A DNA stretch of 64,000 bases from Flaccisagitta enflata. Lineage: Eukaryota. Each line of letters opens with the position of its first letter. The stretch's first letter is position 1. The position numbers and the translations under genes are program-made. Location of the stretch: positions 6,138,001 to 6,202,000 of the forward strand of contig OZ231126.1 in the NCBI GenBank assembly GCA_965153355.1, written 5' to 3'. Below, piece after piece: positions 26,342-64,000 of this stretch. A model generated the notes under the pieces. The model was not told the origin of the DNA. It was given only the letters and a program-made list of their open reading frames with translations, and did not search any database.

Positions 26342-29286
26342 GAAGAAACTTTTTTTCAGGGTTTGCGGGTAATGACCAAACTCAGCATCTGTACCACTGC
26401 GCGACATTTGCCCATGCCTAAAAACAAAGTAGTCCGCATATATCAGCTCCTAACATCATTCCGCCTCTCATCTAATCCTTCCAATCGAAAGTTTTTTCTT
26501 CGTATAATAGATTTAAAGTGGAGGGAATTCCAACGGGATTTTCTTTCTCGTGCTTCGGATCGGGACGACACGAGTTTTTATACTGTCTATAATAAGAAGG
26601 GAATCCCGCGATCCCGGGGCGGTATAATGGAAGAATGGGGCCTTCCAATTAGATCTAATTCGCCAGCATGTACCGTCATTAATCTCATATTAATGTCAAA
26701 AGCAAAAATATTAATTCCTACTCTTCAGGCGGACCAAAGTTCCCATTCGAGGTTATACAAAGAAAAAGAATTCTTGTAACGGATTGTTTAATCGATATGA
26801 GAAACGTTAAATCATGACAACCGTGTCAGCCTAAATTCAAATGGATCAGGTTTTCGTTTTTTTTTCTCCTTTTTTTAGTGTCGGGCACGGAACGAAACCA
26901 CTTTTCAATCCGTCGGTCTGTCTGTCACATAGTCGTTTTCCGGGGTTTTCCACAACTGCCAACTAAATTGACCGTGTACATCATTCATCCATAACACATT
27001 TATCTATAAAATGAGTTAAGTGATGTGTTCATGGATCCCTTCGACCATTCAGCCATTCACTCACCAAGTCAGTCATTCAATCCATCGATCACCCATTCAG
27101 TCATCCAATCCATCCATCACTTGGGCGCTTCACATGGCAAAAATTTGGAAATTCTTCTCGTCCCGCTTACCCAATAGAGGGACTGATTTTAAGGCCCTCA
27201 TCGTTTTTTCTTTTCCGAAAATTGCCCAATTTCTGGTTTTTTTAGCAGCACTGTTTTATATCCTAATTTGCATAACGCTGTGGGAGTTTCTGTCAGGCCT
27301 CAGTTAATTCATGACACTACGAACTTCTTCCTGTATCAGTTAGACCGCGCATCTGTGTAACAGAGAATGTCCAAAACATTTTTGTTCTTGTTTTGAGGAT
27401 GATTTCTTTTATCAATAGGCGGTTTTCTGAATGATTTTTTTATCAATAGGCGGTTTTCTAAGGCAATTAGTCTCTTTAGCAGCGAAGTATCATGGGGAAA
27501 TTTAAATCCCCATTGAACTCTGTTGAATACTTTAAGTGCTTAAAAAAACGAAAGATGGCCGAGTTTTGAGAAAAAGAAAACGGTCAACATCATGATTTTT
27601 CTCACTCCGTATTGGATTAGCGGGACGAAGGAATACACAGCAAACACGTTAAATAAAGCAACCAAAATCCATCATTCAGTCATTCATTTTATCAGTCCAA
27701 CATCCAGTCTGTCTCTCAATCGCTCAGTCATTCAAACACCCAATCATTCAATCCATCACCCAGTCAGTCATTCAATCCATCACCCCGTCAGTCATTCAAT
27801 CCATCAACCAGTCAGTCATTCAATCCATCAACCAGTCAGTCATTCAATCCATCAACCAGTCAGTCATTCAATCCATCAACCAGTCAGTCATTCAATCCAT
27901 CAACCAGTCAGTCATTCAATCCATCACCCAGTCAGTCATTCAATCCATCACCCAGTCAGTCATTCAATCCATCACCCAGTCAGTCATTCAATCCATCACC
28001 CAGTCAGTCATTCAATCCATCACCCAGTCAGTCATTCAATCCATCATCCAGTCAGTCATACAATCCATCACCCAGTCAGTCATTCAATCTCACAGTCTTA
28101 CGATCACCCAGTCGCTCAGACACCCAGTCATCAACCATCCAGTCATACAATCAGCCGTTCATTCAAGCATCCATCCATTTAATCATGAATCACCTGGTGG
28201 ACCAATAATCACTCAAACATTCATTCATTCATTCATTCATTTAATCATCCACCCACGCCCACTACGCATGTCAGAGTGCCAAAATTGGCCAAAACTGGCT
28301 TTCCCCCTGCCATCATCTTTTTCCTTTGCTTAAATGCTATCAAATGAGCCGTCGCACGACTTTCAAATCAATTGGGAACTATCGTTAGGGTGACCATGAA
28401 GTTTCAATAGGAATCTTTGAAAGAGGCAAAATTTGTATTACAAGAATATTGATATTGATATTAATATTGATACAAACTTAAATCTCACCCTAACGATGGT
28501 TACTGATCGATTTGGAGGTCGCGTGATGGCTCGTTTGACAGAACTTCTGCAAAGGCAAATGATGATGGCGGGGGGAAAGCCAGTTTTGCCAGTTTTTGGC
28601 ACCTTGACATGCGTAACGCCCACGGCGACGCCGTCTCTCATCTCTTCGCGTTACAAAGCTGAAACTTACCAGTTCGTTTTTTTCGCCGTAGAACAGTCGA
28701 CGGCCGCAGGTAAGCAACTCGAAAAGAACGACTCCAACCGCGTAAGCGTCGCTAAAATACGTTTGCGGTTGCGGAGCTGTGGAAGAAAGTGAATTTAGCT
28801 GAATCAAGAAGTTCAAATGAACAAATGTGCACAAAGATGACGGAGAGATTCGTACAAGCTTAGACTAGACCTTCTTACCAACAAATTATGGGGACTGTTA
28901 AAGAAAATGAGAAGGGGATAGTCAATCGAAAGAGTTGCTTTGTAGATAAGAGTTATCAACATAATCAAGCGGGGGGGGGGGAGAGAGAAGGTATGCCTTC
29001 AGAACAAGAGGCAAGGGTGGAAGGAACTAAAGATCGTCTTACTTAATACGGGGCCCCTACAAATGACAAAGAAATTGAACCACGCGTACCATTTCGGTTG
29101 AGGATATCTGGGCTCCAAAATGAGGCGACGCCGACTGGTTCTCTCTCCCGGGATCCGGTCCTTGGTTCGTCAGGACGCGCGAGACCGAAATCGACGACCC
29201 AAATTCGACCGGTTCTCAGGTCTAGCAGAAGATTCTTCGATTGTATATCGCGGAATATCACCTCTGTATGAAACCACAACAATACA

Positions 29287-29380
<94 letters not shown>

Positions 29381-31763
29381 AGGAGACAGAGAGAGGGAAA
29401 CGGACAGAGACAGAGATAGGGAGACAGACAGACAGATGGACACAAACAGACAGACTGAAAAAGAGAGACAGAGAGAAATAGAGAAAGAAAAAGAGAGAAG
29501 AAGAGAGACAGAGAAACAGAGACAGAGAGAGAGACAGAGAAACAGAGAGAGAGAGACAGAGAGAGAGAGACAGAGAGAGAGACAGAGAGAGAGACAGAGA
29601 GAGAGACAGAGAGACAGAGAAAGAAAAAATCTCGAAAGAGTATGGGTCCGCGACTGGGGTCGAACGGCGTTGTCGAACGGCGTTGTCGAACGGCGTTGTC
29701 GAACGGCGTTGTCAAACGGCGTTGTCAAACGGCGTTGTCAAACGGCGTTGTCAAACGGCGTTGTCAAACGGCGTTGTCAAACGGCGTTGTCAAACGGCGT
29801 TGTCAAACGGCGTTGTCAAACGGCGTTGTCAAACGGCGTTGTCAAACGGCGTTGTCAAACGGCGTTGTCAAACGGCGTTGTCAAACGGCGTTGTCAAACG
29901 GCGTTGTCAAACGGCGTTGTCAAACGGCGTTGTCAAACGGCGTTGTCAAACGGCGTTGTCAAACGGCGTTGTCAAACGGCGTTGTCAAACGGCGTTGTCA
30001 AACGGCGTTGTCAAACGGCGTTGTCAAACGGCGTTGTCAAACGGCGTTGTCAAACGGCGTTGTCAAACGGCGTTGTCAAACGGCGTTGTCAAACGGTTGT
30101 CAAACGGCGTTGTCAAACGGCGTTGTCAAAGCGTTGTCAACGGCATTGTCAACGGCGTCAAACGGCGCGTTCAAACGGCGTTGTCAAACGCGCGTTGTCA
30201 ACGGCGTTGCCAAACGGCGTTGTCAAACGGCGCAAACGGCGTTGTCAAACGGCGTTGTCAAACGGCGTTGTCGAACGGCGTTGTCGAACGGCGTTGTCGA
30301 ACGGCGTTGTCAAACGGCGTTGTCGAACGGCGTTGTCGAACGGCGTTGTCGAACGGCGTTGTCAAACGGCGTTGTCAAACGGCGATGTTATCGAACGGCG
30401 ATGTTATCGAACGGCGATGTTGTTGAACGGCGATGTTGTCGGCGTTGTCAAACGGCGATGTTGTCGAGCGGCGATGTTGTCGGCGTTGTCAAACGGCGTT
30501 GTCAAATGGTGTTGTCGAAGTGTTGTCAAACGCCGTTGTCAAATACTATTGTCAAACAGTGTTGTCAAATGGTCTTGTCAAATGGTCTTGTCACATAGCG
30601 GTCAAATAGGGGTTGAGAGATAAGCTGCTTTGTTCATATACATAGGTTGAGCCATTTAATTCTGAGTCTACATACTAAGTTTACTAAGTTTTAACCAAAT
30701 CGATTGAGAATTGTTCAAGTTATGCACATTTTTCACTTTTAAGGTGGTAGGCTGGTAGGCCGGTTAGCATGCTAAAATCTTTACAAATCAAATACATATG
30801 TTGAGTCCTTCCATTTAGAGAAAACATACCAAGTTTACACCTAATCAGTTGAAAAACGCCAAAGTTATGAACTTTTTTTACTTTAAGGCTGGTAGGCTAG
30901 TTGGGTGGTAGGCTGGTTTGGCCGGTTAGCATGCTAAAATCTTCACGATTCAAATACTTATATTGAGTCCTATTCAGAAACTACGTAGCAAGTTTCAACC
31001 AAATCGGTTGAAAAATGCAGAAGTTATGCACATTTTTCACTATTCGGCTGGTAGGCTGGTTGGGTGGTAGGCCGGTTTGGCTGATTAGCATGCTGAAATC
31101 TTTACAATTCAAATACATAAGTTGAGTCCTTCCATTTTGAGACTACATACCAAGTTTTAACCAAATCGGTTGAAAAATGCAGAAGTTATGCACGTTTTTC
31201 ACTTTTCGGCTAGTAGGCTGGTTGGGTGGTAGGCCGGTTTGGCCGGTTAGCATGCTAAAATCTTTACAATTCAAATACATATGTTGAGTCCTTCCATTTA
31301 GAGACTACATACCAAGTTTCAACCAAATCAGTTGAAAAATGCAGAAGTTATGCACGTTTTTCACTTTTTGGCTGGTAGGCTGGTTGGGTGGTAGGCCAGT
31401 TTGGCCGGTTAGCATGCTAAAATCTTTACAATTCAAATATATATGTTGAGTCCTTCCATTTAGAGACTACATACCAAGTTTCAACCAAATCTGTTGAAAA
31501 ATGCCAAAGTTATGCACATTTTTCACTTTTAGGCTGGTAGGCTGGTTGGGCCGGTTAGGTGGGTCGGATCATAACATACGCATAGGCCGCAAAGCGGCTT
31601 ACCCTAGTACAACTTCCCTCCAAATATGAAGCAAATCGGTCAAGGCGTTCAAAAGTTAGCCCATTTTTAAAAGTGTGGACAACGACGACAACAACGACGA
31701 CGACGACACCCACCCGCCTCGAATTATAGTCCGCGTCGGAATGGTATTCCGTCGCGGACAAAA

Positions 31764-31833
<70 letters not shown>

Positions 31834-34800
31834 AAATATTAACCTCAAATTACCTCATTAAAGAAACGATATCGTGGTAACAAGGAAATATTGCAAAACC
31901 AGTCCTCTAAATTATCGAGCGTCTCAATGAACATCAAATAAAATATATTGTTTAGTATCTTGTGTAATTATGATTTAAGCGTTAATGTATCTTAAGCAAG
32001 GCTCGGAATTTGATAAAACCCAGCGCACTGGGAACACTGCACGTAGGTGGCTTGAGCGGGATAATATTAGGAAATTGATTTCCCATCGAGGTGAGATTTG
32101 GTGGTCTGTGCAGCTGTGTGCTTCCGTCCCCACACCGCACGCCGCGCATCTAGATGAGGTCGAATTTTCACCTACCGCATTTGTGTATTTCAATGATGTG
32201 CGTCAAGATGTTTTCGGCGATGTCAAGGCAGTTGGTTTGCATTTTGGGTAACCAACTTGGATGTTGTCGGATGTGAGCGAGCGCGTCATGGTAGTTAGGA
32301 TAATTGATATATTCCTACATGGAACAATGAGAAAAGAGAATGTGGAAAGTTTAATGGGGGGTTGGTGAGCAGTGATTACGTTCTCAATCTTGGACACCTC
32401 TGGAGAGAAGAGATAATAATTTTTATCTTTGCAAAACGCATTTGTTTTTGGAATCACATACGCTCTTTCAGGCTCTCTCTCTCTCTCTCTCTGCTTTTCG
32501 CCTTCACTTCTTCAACTTCCGCTTCCACTTCTACTTCCATCTTCCTCCGGTTCTCCGACAACTGTTCCAATCGTAATCGAGATGTTGGAAAGCTTATATT
32601 CTTCTACTTTTGCCAAATACTTTCATTATGAGCAGGTCAACCACGTTAAGCTTAGACAAAATGACCATTCCACTAGGCATTATGTCCCAATACAGTACAG
32701 TGCAGTACAGTTATGTACACATGGACGCAAAATACAGCGTGATGAGGCGCCAAAAGCCAAAAACAAATAAGCACCCCCCACTACAGCCATATTGGCTGAT
32801 TAAAAATTCTTATGGAAAGTCATTTTGAGTAACGTAGGGGAATGCAAATGGCATCATCAGAGCGATTTTTGAGATTGTAACTAAAACCTTAAAATTTATC
32901 ACTTTTACTCATAAAATATTCACTCTTAGAAAAGTAAAGAAAATAGAGTAAAAAGTGTTAAATTTCTAGGTTCTAGGTACAATCTCAAAATTTCCTCTGA
33001 TGACGCCACTCGTATTCCCCTTAGTGACTCAAAACAACTTTCCAAAGGAATTTGCATTCAGCCAAATTGACTGTAGTGGGTGGTGCTAAAACTTTTGGCG
33101 CCTCATCACGCTGTATTTTGCGTCCATGTGTACTTGTTACCGGGTGTTAGATAAACCCGGTAACTCATCAATTATGGCAATATCAATTAGAACGGAAATT
33201 CTGTACAATCACAATTTTTTTGTACCTGTAAGACGTAGCAGACTGTTTGTTGCATAATGATGCCGATGATGTTGGGGACAAATTCAACATTCCGGCATCG
33301 GAGCCAAGCCCGGATTCCATCTGGACGAACGCGTCCGTGAATTTCCTTCACCGCGAAAATGTAACGCGTCACTTTATCGCACGCCTGAGATTCAAACGGC
33401 ACAGCATGGATCGTTTCAATCGCGGGCTCGCAACTATATATAGGTGGCTTTTCCGTCCGTCCATCCATTCATTGTTCTTTTGGTCCGTAACGCACGACCA
33501 GTGTCTGAAGTTACTGTGGTTTTGATGGAGTTTGTGTCTTGTAAGGGTTGGGAGGTGTTCATAAGCAACTCACCCTAAACACTTGACCTTCTCCTCCTTT
33601 GCCTAGATGGTGTTCATGATCGAGAAAGAATTCACAAGGTTCGCTTTCTTTGCCAGACCGATATCGATTATTCCATATGTGAATCCGATCAGCGTATTCC
33701 TTAAAATGTTGGGGTGATTCAAATTGTAGGCAGTCTGCCGTGTTGAGCAGGAACATTCATGTAAAATTCAATAGGACGTGCCGATAATTCAACAAGATCG
33801 GATGACCAATGACCCAAGATGGCGCCGGTGCGCAAGACGGTTTTAATCAGAGCGTGACAAACAAACCGACCGACCAACCAATAATATCCCTCACTAAACC
33901 CAAACTGAAATAAATGGATGAGGGCCTTGTGATTGTATGTTCACCGAGAGAACGACGCCGGAGAAAAATGCCGTATCGTCGTTATCCTTTTGTATCTGCA
34001 CGAGCCAGTCCATTTCGCTGACGTAATTGACGAGATCTGACTCGTTGGAATATCTCACGTGATCGCCGAAATTTTGATTCATGTCGAGATCGCCTTTGGG
34101 TTTCCTTTCCACTTTCGGTCGCCGTTGACGCCCTGGAAGCCGCTCGGACGCGCAGCATCCCGACTCTGGGGGAGAAAGGATGCAGTTCCATAGTTTTATT
34201 ATTTTTTGATTATTGAAACTACGAAAGTCGTCGCTCGACAGGAATAAATACAATTGCCCAGTAGGAGACATGGGAACAGGGGGGAGGAGGGAAGACAAGA
34301 GGGGGGCTTGACTGGGAGTAAATCTTTAAGTCAGATTCATAACATCAGGGATCCAGTCGAAAGACCATAGTAGTATCAGATAACTAGTCTCCAGAAATCT
34401 CTTTAATAATTCACCAAAGATGCAAAAGATGGCCAAAGATACTTGGTTTTTTTCCTACTCTAATGTTTCAACGTAGTGTGCGGGTTATCATCAATCTTTG
34501 GCTCACCTTCGTCAGTCGTCCGGCTCCTCCGACGGTCTTCGGCTGATTCTTCTTCCCCTTCAACCGCGTCATTCTGAGCGTCCTCTTTCTCGGCGAGTTC
34601 TTGAAGCAAAATGTTAAAGGCTGGTAGTTGATTGCCGTCGTCGATGCTATGCAACATCAATGGATGCGGATGCTGCCGTTGGTTCTGACCATCCTCTTCG
34701 ACGACGGACGGCAGCATTGAGAGACTGCTGGAGTTGCGATCTGGACCCATCTTGGAGCCCGATGTGGATTTTCCATCAGTTGGCGACGCATTTGGGTTTT

Positions 34801-36122
34801 CCTCGTAGTTATCGTCGTCTGTGGTCAAGTATCGAGCACCTCCAACCACCAACACCATTTGAGCCTGCCAAGGGGAGAAGATTTTGAGTTGGGGACATGA
34901 AGCGTCTAATTCATGTCACTTCCACGAACCTTTGCTTCATCATCTATCAATACTCCATAGTTCTCATGCATTCAAAACGAACTATCCGGGGCTAAAAGCG
35001 CGTATCAAGAACAAAGCAAACAAAGCTGTGGGTACGATTCGAGATTCGCCAGGCCACGTCCATGTGTAGTCTTTTTCAAAAATATTTCCATTTACGAAGA
35101 CATTCTCGTCTGACCTGGTCCTCGGTGGTGGGATGATAGCCAGGTCCAACTTCTTCACTCGTTGGCGACGTCGATGTTTTTTCATCGTATTTCTTCGGTC
35201 CTGACTTGGATAATGGTGATGAAGAGGGAAGAGATCGATGACGAGAATTCGGCGCGGATGATCCCTCGCCATCGATTTCGTCTATATCGAGATCATCGCA
35301 CGGCTCCTCATTACACAGCGCGCTGTCTTCCGTCAATTTGTTGGCGGCGACTACGTCAACATCAAGATCATCACAAGGCTCCTTGTTACATTGCGCGCCA
35401 TCTTTCAATTTGTTTGCAGCGACCGCGTTGACATCGAGATCATCACAAGGGTCCTTGTTACGTCGCGCTCTATCTTTTGTCAATTTGTTTGCGGCGACCT
35501 TGTTGACATCGAGATCACGATGAAATTTGTTTTGTCGAGCTTTATCTTTTGCCAATTTGTTTGCGGCGACTGCGACAACATCAAGATCATCACGGGGCTC
35601 TTCCTTTCGTCGCACTCCATCTTTTTTCAATTTGTTTGCGGCGAGCGTGACCAACGTTTTGGGAAGTGTTTCTTCCTCGTCCTCTTCCTCTCTCCATGGA
35701 CTGTCACCCCGCACAAGCTCATGTGGCGGTCCGACGAGCACATTGTCCACAGCAATTTTTCGAGGCACCGACGGAAGAAATGATCGTGAGGGAACAGATG
35801 ACCAACTGACGAAGGCACTCGGGTTATCCGACGACGACTGAAGATCCCCATTTTGACTGTCATCATCATTCAGAAGTAAATCAAAATCTGGAACGACAGC
35901 GGGTTTCAACGACGAAGGCACTGAGGCTTCCATGGGCATCACTGAGGGCAATAAAGGTGCCGTCGACGGTAATGCGACGGCGGCATTGGGGACGGAAGAC
36001 GTCGTCGTCGTGGCGGATAAGACCATGTAATGGGTTCCATCCGGGTATGATGGTGAGGATATGACCATTCCATGGGTTTCATCATCCGGACTCGATCTGC
36101 TGGAAACCGACGTCTCGGTCAT
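24537..36122 (-). CDS. NIK/Cot (MAP3K14/MAP3K8)-like Ser/Thr kinase with non-canonical catalytic motifs, 9 coding exons, ~873 aa
   Basis: Exons 35115-36122, 34507-34864, 33945-34165, 33574-33699, 33226-33384, 32176-32314, 29090-29263, 28670-28776 and 24537-24866 join in frame. Motifs: pre-kinase SGVVLSEYADRIHIWNNRYR (compare the NIK/Cot GV/ILL...Y extension), LGKGGEGQVFR, FAVKEI, FRDIQSKNLLL, VVDFGLA, WSPD, SDAYAVGVVLFELL, LKELIRRLW. Confidence 0.8.
25616..26085. repeat. 120-bp tandem repeat (4 copies) inside a dispersed repeat element
   Basis: The unit GTCCATCGGTCC...GATATTGAGTTCAAAAGTGTTTCATGATTTTAGATACTGC...GGAAGTGGGTTG repeats at a 120-bp period. Confidence 0.9.
27743..28090. repeat. 24-bp minisatellite (CAGTCAGTCATTCAATCCATCA[AC]C)n
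   Basis: About 14 near-identical tandem copies. Confidence 0.9.
28263..28615. mobile_element. Foldback MITE with 8-bp TSD (hAT-type)
   Basis: TIR TACGCATGTCA...TGACATGCGTA with long imperfect inverted arms. TSD ACGCCCAC at 28255-28262 and 28616-28623. Confidence 0.85.
29660..30590. repeat. 13-bp minisatellite (AACGGCGTTGTC[AG])n
   Basis: Homogeneous array at 29660-30090 that degenerates toward 30590. It accounts for the repeat-peptide ORFs here. Confidence 0.95.
30645..31560. repeat. ~180-bp tandem repeat (~5 copies)
   Basis: The unit ...GTTGAGTCCTTCCATTTAGAGACTACATACCAAGTTTCAACCAAATCGGTTGAAAAATGCAGAAGTTATGCAC...GGCTGGTAGGCTGG... repeats. Confidence 0.9.
32718..33130. mobile_element. Foldback MITE with TA duplication
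   Basis: Perfect ~39-bp TIR CACATGGACGCAAAATACAGCGTGATGAGGCGCCAAAAG, with imperfect symmetry over most of the length. TA at 32716-17 and 33131-32. Confidence 0.85.
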
Positions 36123-36958
36123 GACGGCAGCCAAGGTGACGGCTTAACCATGATCATCTGTTTGATCTGTAACATCTGTAACATCTCGTCGTAAAAGAGT
36201 AAATAATAAAAAAAAACATGTGAATGTTAAGAAGATGTTATTCTATCATCAATTTCTTTTTGATCGGTATCCATTTTTTTTAAACAGTCGAAAGGTATAT
36301 CTAAACATCCTTTTGCAATGACACAATTTTTTTCCCTAGTATTCGAGCCGAACGTTTAACAATGGGGAGAAGTACAGAATGAATGATATATAATAATAAG
36401 ATAGGGTTTGTTCGTTAAAAAAAAACACACATTCGCTTTTATCAAGGAACAGCGAAACAATTACCCATAAACGTTTAGTCCATCGGTCAGCCTTATTTTC
36501 TTGTAAAACGTCCTCTAAATCATTGTTGTCTCAACGCTAAAGCGATCGACGTCGTAGATGTAAAAAAAGTCAAAATATGAACTATCCGTAGACTAAATTG
36601 GAAGAGAGGAGAGAATATGTAAAAAATGGCGGTCGACCTACATAAATTGCCAAGAGCCCATCACCTCAAGAAATAGTGAGAGAAGACGAAATGTGCATCT
36701 TCTCAACAACGAATTTGGCACAAAAGTCATGATAAAAAGACTTAAATCATTCATAAAATCGACATGTCAGGGGTCCAGTTCAGCCGCAAGAGTGAAGAGG
36801 AATTGTACGTACTGGCGCACAAACATACTCACAACAGGCAACGAGAGATATAAACCGGTGATATGAAAACTTTGGGCGAGCTACATCTAACGCAACTTTG
36901 CCATTTTGAAGACTACCGAAGATGACTATCGGTCATCTTCGAAGAAGAAGAAGAAGAA

Positions 36959-36990
<32 letters not shown>

Positions 36991-37949
36991 AGAAGAAAAA
37001 GAAGAAGAAGAAGCAGAAGAAGAAGATGAAGAAGAAGAAGAGGAAGCAGAAGAAGAGGAAGCAGAAGATGAAGAAGCAGAAGATGAAGAAGAAGAAGAAG
37101 AAGCAGAAGATGAAGAAGAAGAAGCAGAAGATGAAGAAGAAGAAGAAGAAGAAGAAGAAGAAGAAGAAGATGAAGAAGATGAAGAAGAAGAAGAAGAAGA
37201 AAGATGAAGAAGAAGAAAAACGAGTGCAATCTAAGAAAAAAATTCTAAACCAATATATAAACAATAGCAACGATGGTAAATGTTCTGTATGTATATAGGA
37301 TAAATTGGGAGTATTTCTAGAATCAAGGTTTGGACAAGAACATTATGCGACTAGCATTAACATCATCTGAGCACATGTGGCCAAAAATCTGGTTTTGACG
37401 CATCTTATTCCTAGTAATCAGTAATCAAACAATTCATCAAAAGATAGATTCCCCCAATAGACGACTTAGGCGATGCACCGTACGGTTCATAAATGTATGC
37501 AAGACGAAAAACAAATAGACAAACGGACGAACGGACGGACGATCGGGTAGTCGAACGGACTGACCCAAAAAGCACCGTTGACCGCGTCAAAAATGGGCCA
37601 GAGACCAAATCAAGCGCCCTGATGAGAGAAACCCGACATATGCCATCACTATGGAGAAACATTTTAGACATTGTTTGTAAAACTCGAGCTTTCTCCCTCT
37701 GTCGGTGTAAAAATGTCCGAGTCTTCTTGGTACCATCCGTCGTCCAATGCATTTGCTTCCATTGAAATCTCTCTCCAACGACAAACACTTGACCCATCAC
37801 TCTCCCACCTCATGCATCTTTATTTCCTCACTTCCCTCCCTCTTTTCTTCCCTCTCTCCTTCCTCCCTTCTTCCCTACCCGCCTGTCTGCCTTTCTCATT
37901 CAACCTCAAATCCTCAAAACATTATATGTCATGTCAAAGAAGTGTCCTA

Positions 37950-53785
<15,836 letters not shown>

Positions 53786-54320
53786 GATTGGGAAATGTTT
53801 TTTTTTTAGTTTGAGTTTTGGTTTGATTTGTCTTTATTTGTTGATTTGCTTTCTTTACGTATACACCAATTCAGCGATTTAGTTGGGGTTTTTTCTAGCC
53901 TATCGAGAAGCGCGGATGGGCCAGTCAGGAGACTGGTTCTATTGATCGTGAACGTATTTTTGTCAAGGCAGTTTTTAAGGGGGAAATCTTACTTTCGATA
54001 CAATTATGGCAAGTTTTTTTTCTGTTATCTCTTTTGGGAAAGCCCGATCGGACGGCCCAACCGACCGACCTTTCCCGCTTCTCCACGAAGGCTTTTTTGG
54101 GGGGGTCTAGATATTGAGTTTGAAAGATAGGTATGTATCGCAAAATTTGGTAAAAGTCGGTGGATAGGTGTATATCCCCCGATAGAAGGTTTGTTTTTCT
54201 AATTCAGTATTTATGCTTTTGTTTGCACAAGTTTGACGTCGCCGCCACTTTTATTCTTCGTTCTTAATCTTCACTTGGCTTAGAGGACAAAAAGATTTGT
54301 TTGCTAGAAAGAAATAATAC

Positions 54321-54356
<36 letters not shown>

Positions 54357-55068
54357 GGAGAAAACAAAAGGGCGGAAAGAGAAACAGAAAGAATTAAGAA
54401 TCAAATAAATGGGAGCGGAGAAAGCAAGAAATAAAGAAAGCATGAAAACAAGGCCGGGTAAACGACCAATAAGACGTCGCTGGCGGTTGGGCAGGGGCAG
54501 TATCGCTCAGAGGAAGTAGAAAAGAGCGAACCCCATGACAGACACGCAGATCAATGTTTAAATAAAAATTTCATGTTAATGCAATGGATCATACGAAAGC
54601 GTTACACTAAATGTGCTTGAATCAAAATGAGTCACGAAGGCGTAGTAGCGCCACTTCGCCTCGGCTAAAATGGAGTGTCCATTTCTGAATTATCGAGAGA
54701 TATCCGTTCTCACTGCAAAACCATCCGAACAATTCGCGAATTTGATCCCACTACTAAGGAGTGACTCGTTGAGCACACACTCTCTCGGTCTCTCACCTTC
54801 CATCTCCCCCCCTTCTCCCTCTCTCACTCTCAACACCTTCCCCCTCCACTCCTCCTTCCACTGGCTCTCTCACTTCCCCTCTTAATTCGATCTCTCCCGT
54901 GGGACATATAAATCCATAAATATACAGGTCTAGACAGAGATAAAAGAAGAGGCTTCCTGGTTTATCACGACAACAGCATCCTCCCCTTCCTCCTCCTCCT
55001 CCTCCTCCTCCTCCTCCTCCTCCTCCTCCTCCTCCTCCTCCTCCTCCTCCCCTTCCTCCTCCTCTTCA

Positions 55069-63772
<8,704 letters not shown>

Positions 63773-64000
63773 CTGAGAAAGGGGTGGGTGGCAGGGCCGG
63801 GTGGGTCGGTAAAGAGTGGCAGGGTGGGTGGGTAAGTGGGCGAGAGTGGACGAGTGGGTGAGGGGGTGGCAAGATGGGTGGGTAAGTGGGTGAAGATGTG
63901 GTAGAGTGGGTGGGTAAGAGGGTGAAGATGTGGCACGGTGGGTGGGTAAGAGGGTGAAGAAGTGGCAGGGTGAGCGGGTAAGGGGGTGAAGATGTGGCAG

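Noticed and set aside
26363-26779. 138-aa ORF within a kinase intron
   Set aside because: No recognisable motif, and the kinase is complete without it.
29241-30623. Long ORFs (460, 318 and 247 aa) of TALSNGVVKRRCQ repeats
   Set aside because: Translation artefacts of a stop-free 13-bp minisatellite and a GA tract within a kinase intron.
29660-31560. Regular repeats as a possible CRISPR array
   Set aside because: Units are head-to-tail with no unique spacers, there are no cas genes, and the context is eukaryotic.

Overview
This is repeat-rich, intron-containing animal (probably invertebrate) genomic DNA, with no prokaryotic features. Host genes were rebuilt by hand from phase-consistent GT-AG junctions. 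They are: an OTU-domain cysteine protease gene (-, 742-5728), which appears to lie antisense inside an intron of an IkappaB/cactus gene (+, exons 6366-8908, 5' part not seen); a 9-exon NIK/Cot (MAP3K14/MAP3K8)-like kinase with altered catalytic motifs (-, 24537-36122); AGFG1/drongo (-, 37950-53785); the 3' exons of Exo70 (-, 55069-63772); and a Ly6/three-finger GPI-protein gene nested antisense in an Exo70 intron (+, 57934-61887). AGFG1 intron 3 carries a recent, full-length BEL/Pao LTR retrotransposon (41297-51478; 552-bp LTRs; ATACA target-site duplication) with three unusual features. (1) It has no tRNA-type primer-binding site; the 10 nt directly after the 5' LTR are the exact reverse complement of an Inr-like site inside the LTR, which is Tf1-type self-priming geometry. 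(2) gag and pol are separated by a single in-frame UGA-C followed by a predicted pseudoknot. (3) It has a long, non-env third ORF with candidate subgenomic splice sites. The window also holds a gag-only Ty3/Gypsy-like ORF with 15 Arg-rich SP heptads, several MITEs, DINE-1/HINE-like elements with expanded tandem arrays, and many microsatellites. All family assignments come from motif recognition; no database searches were run.
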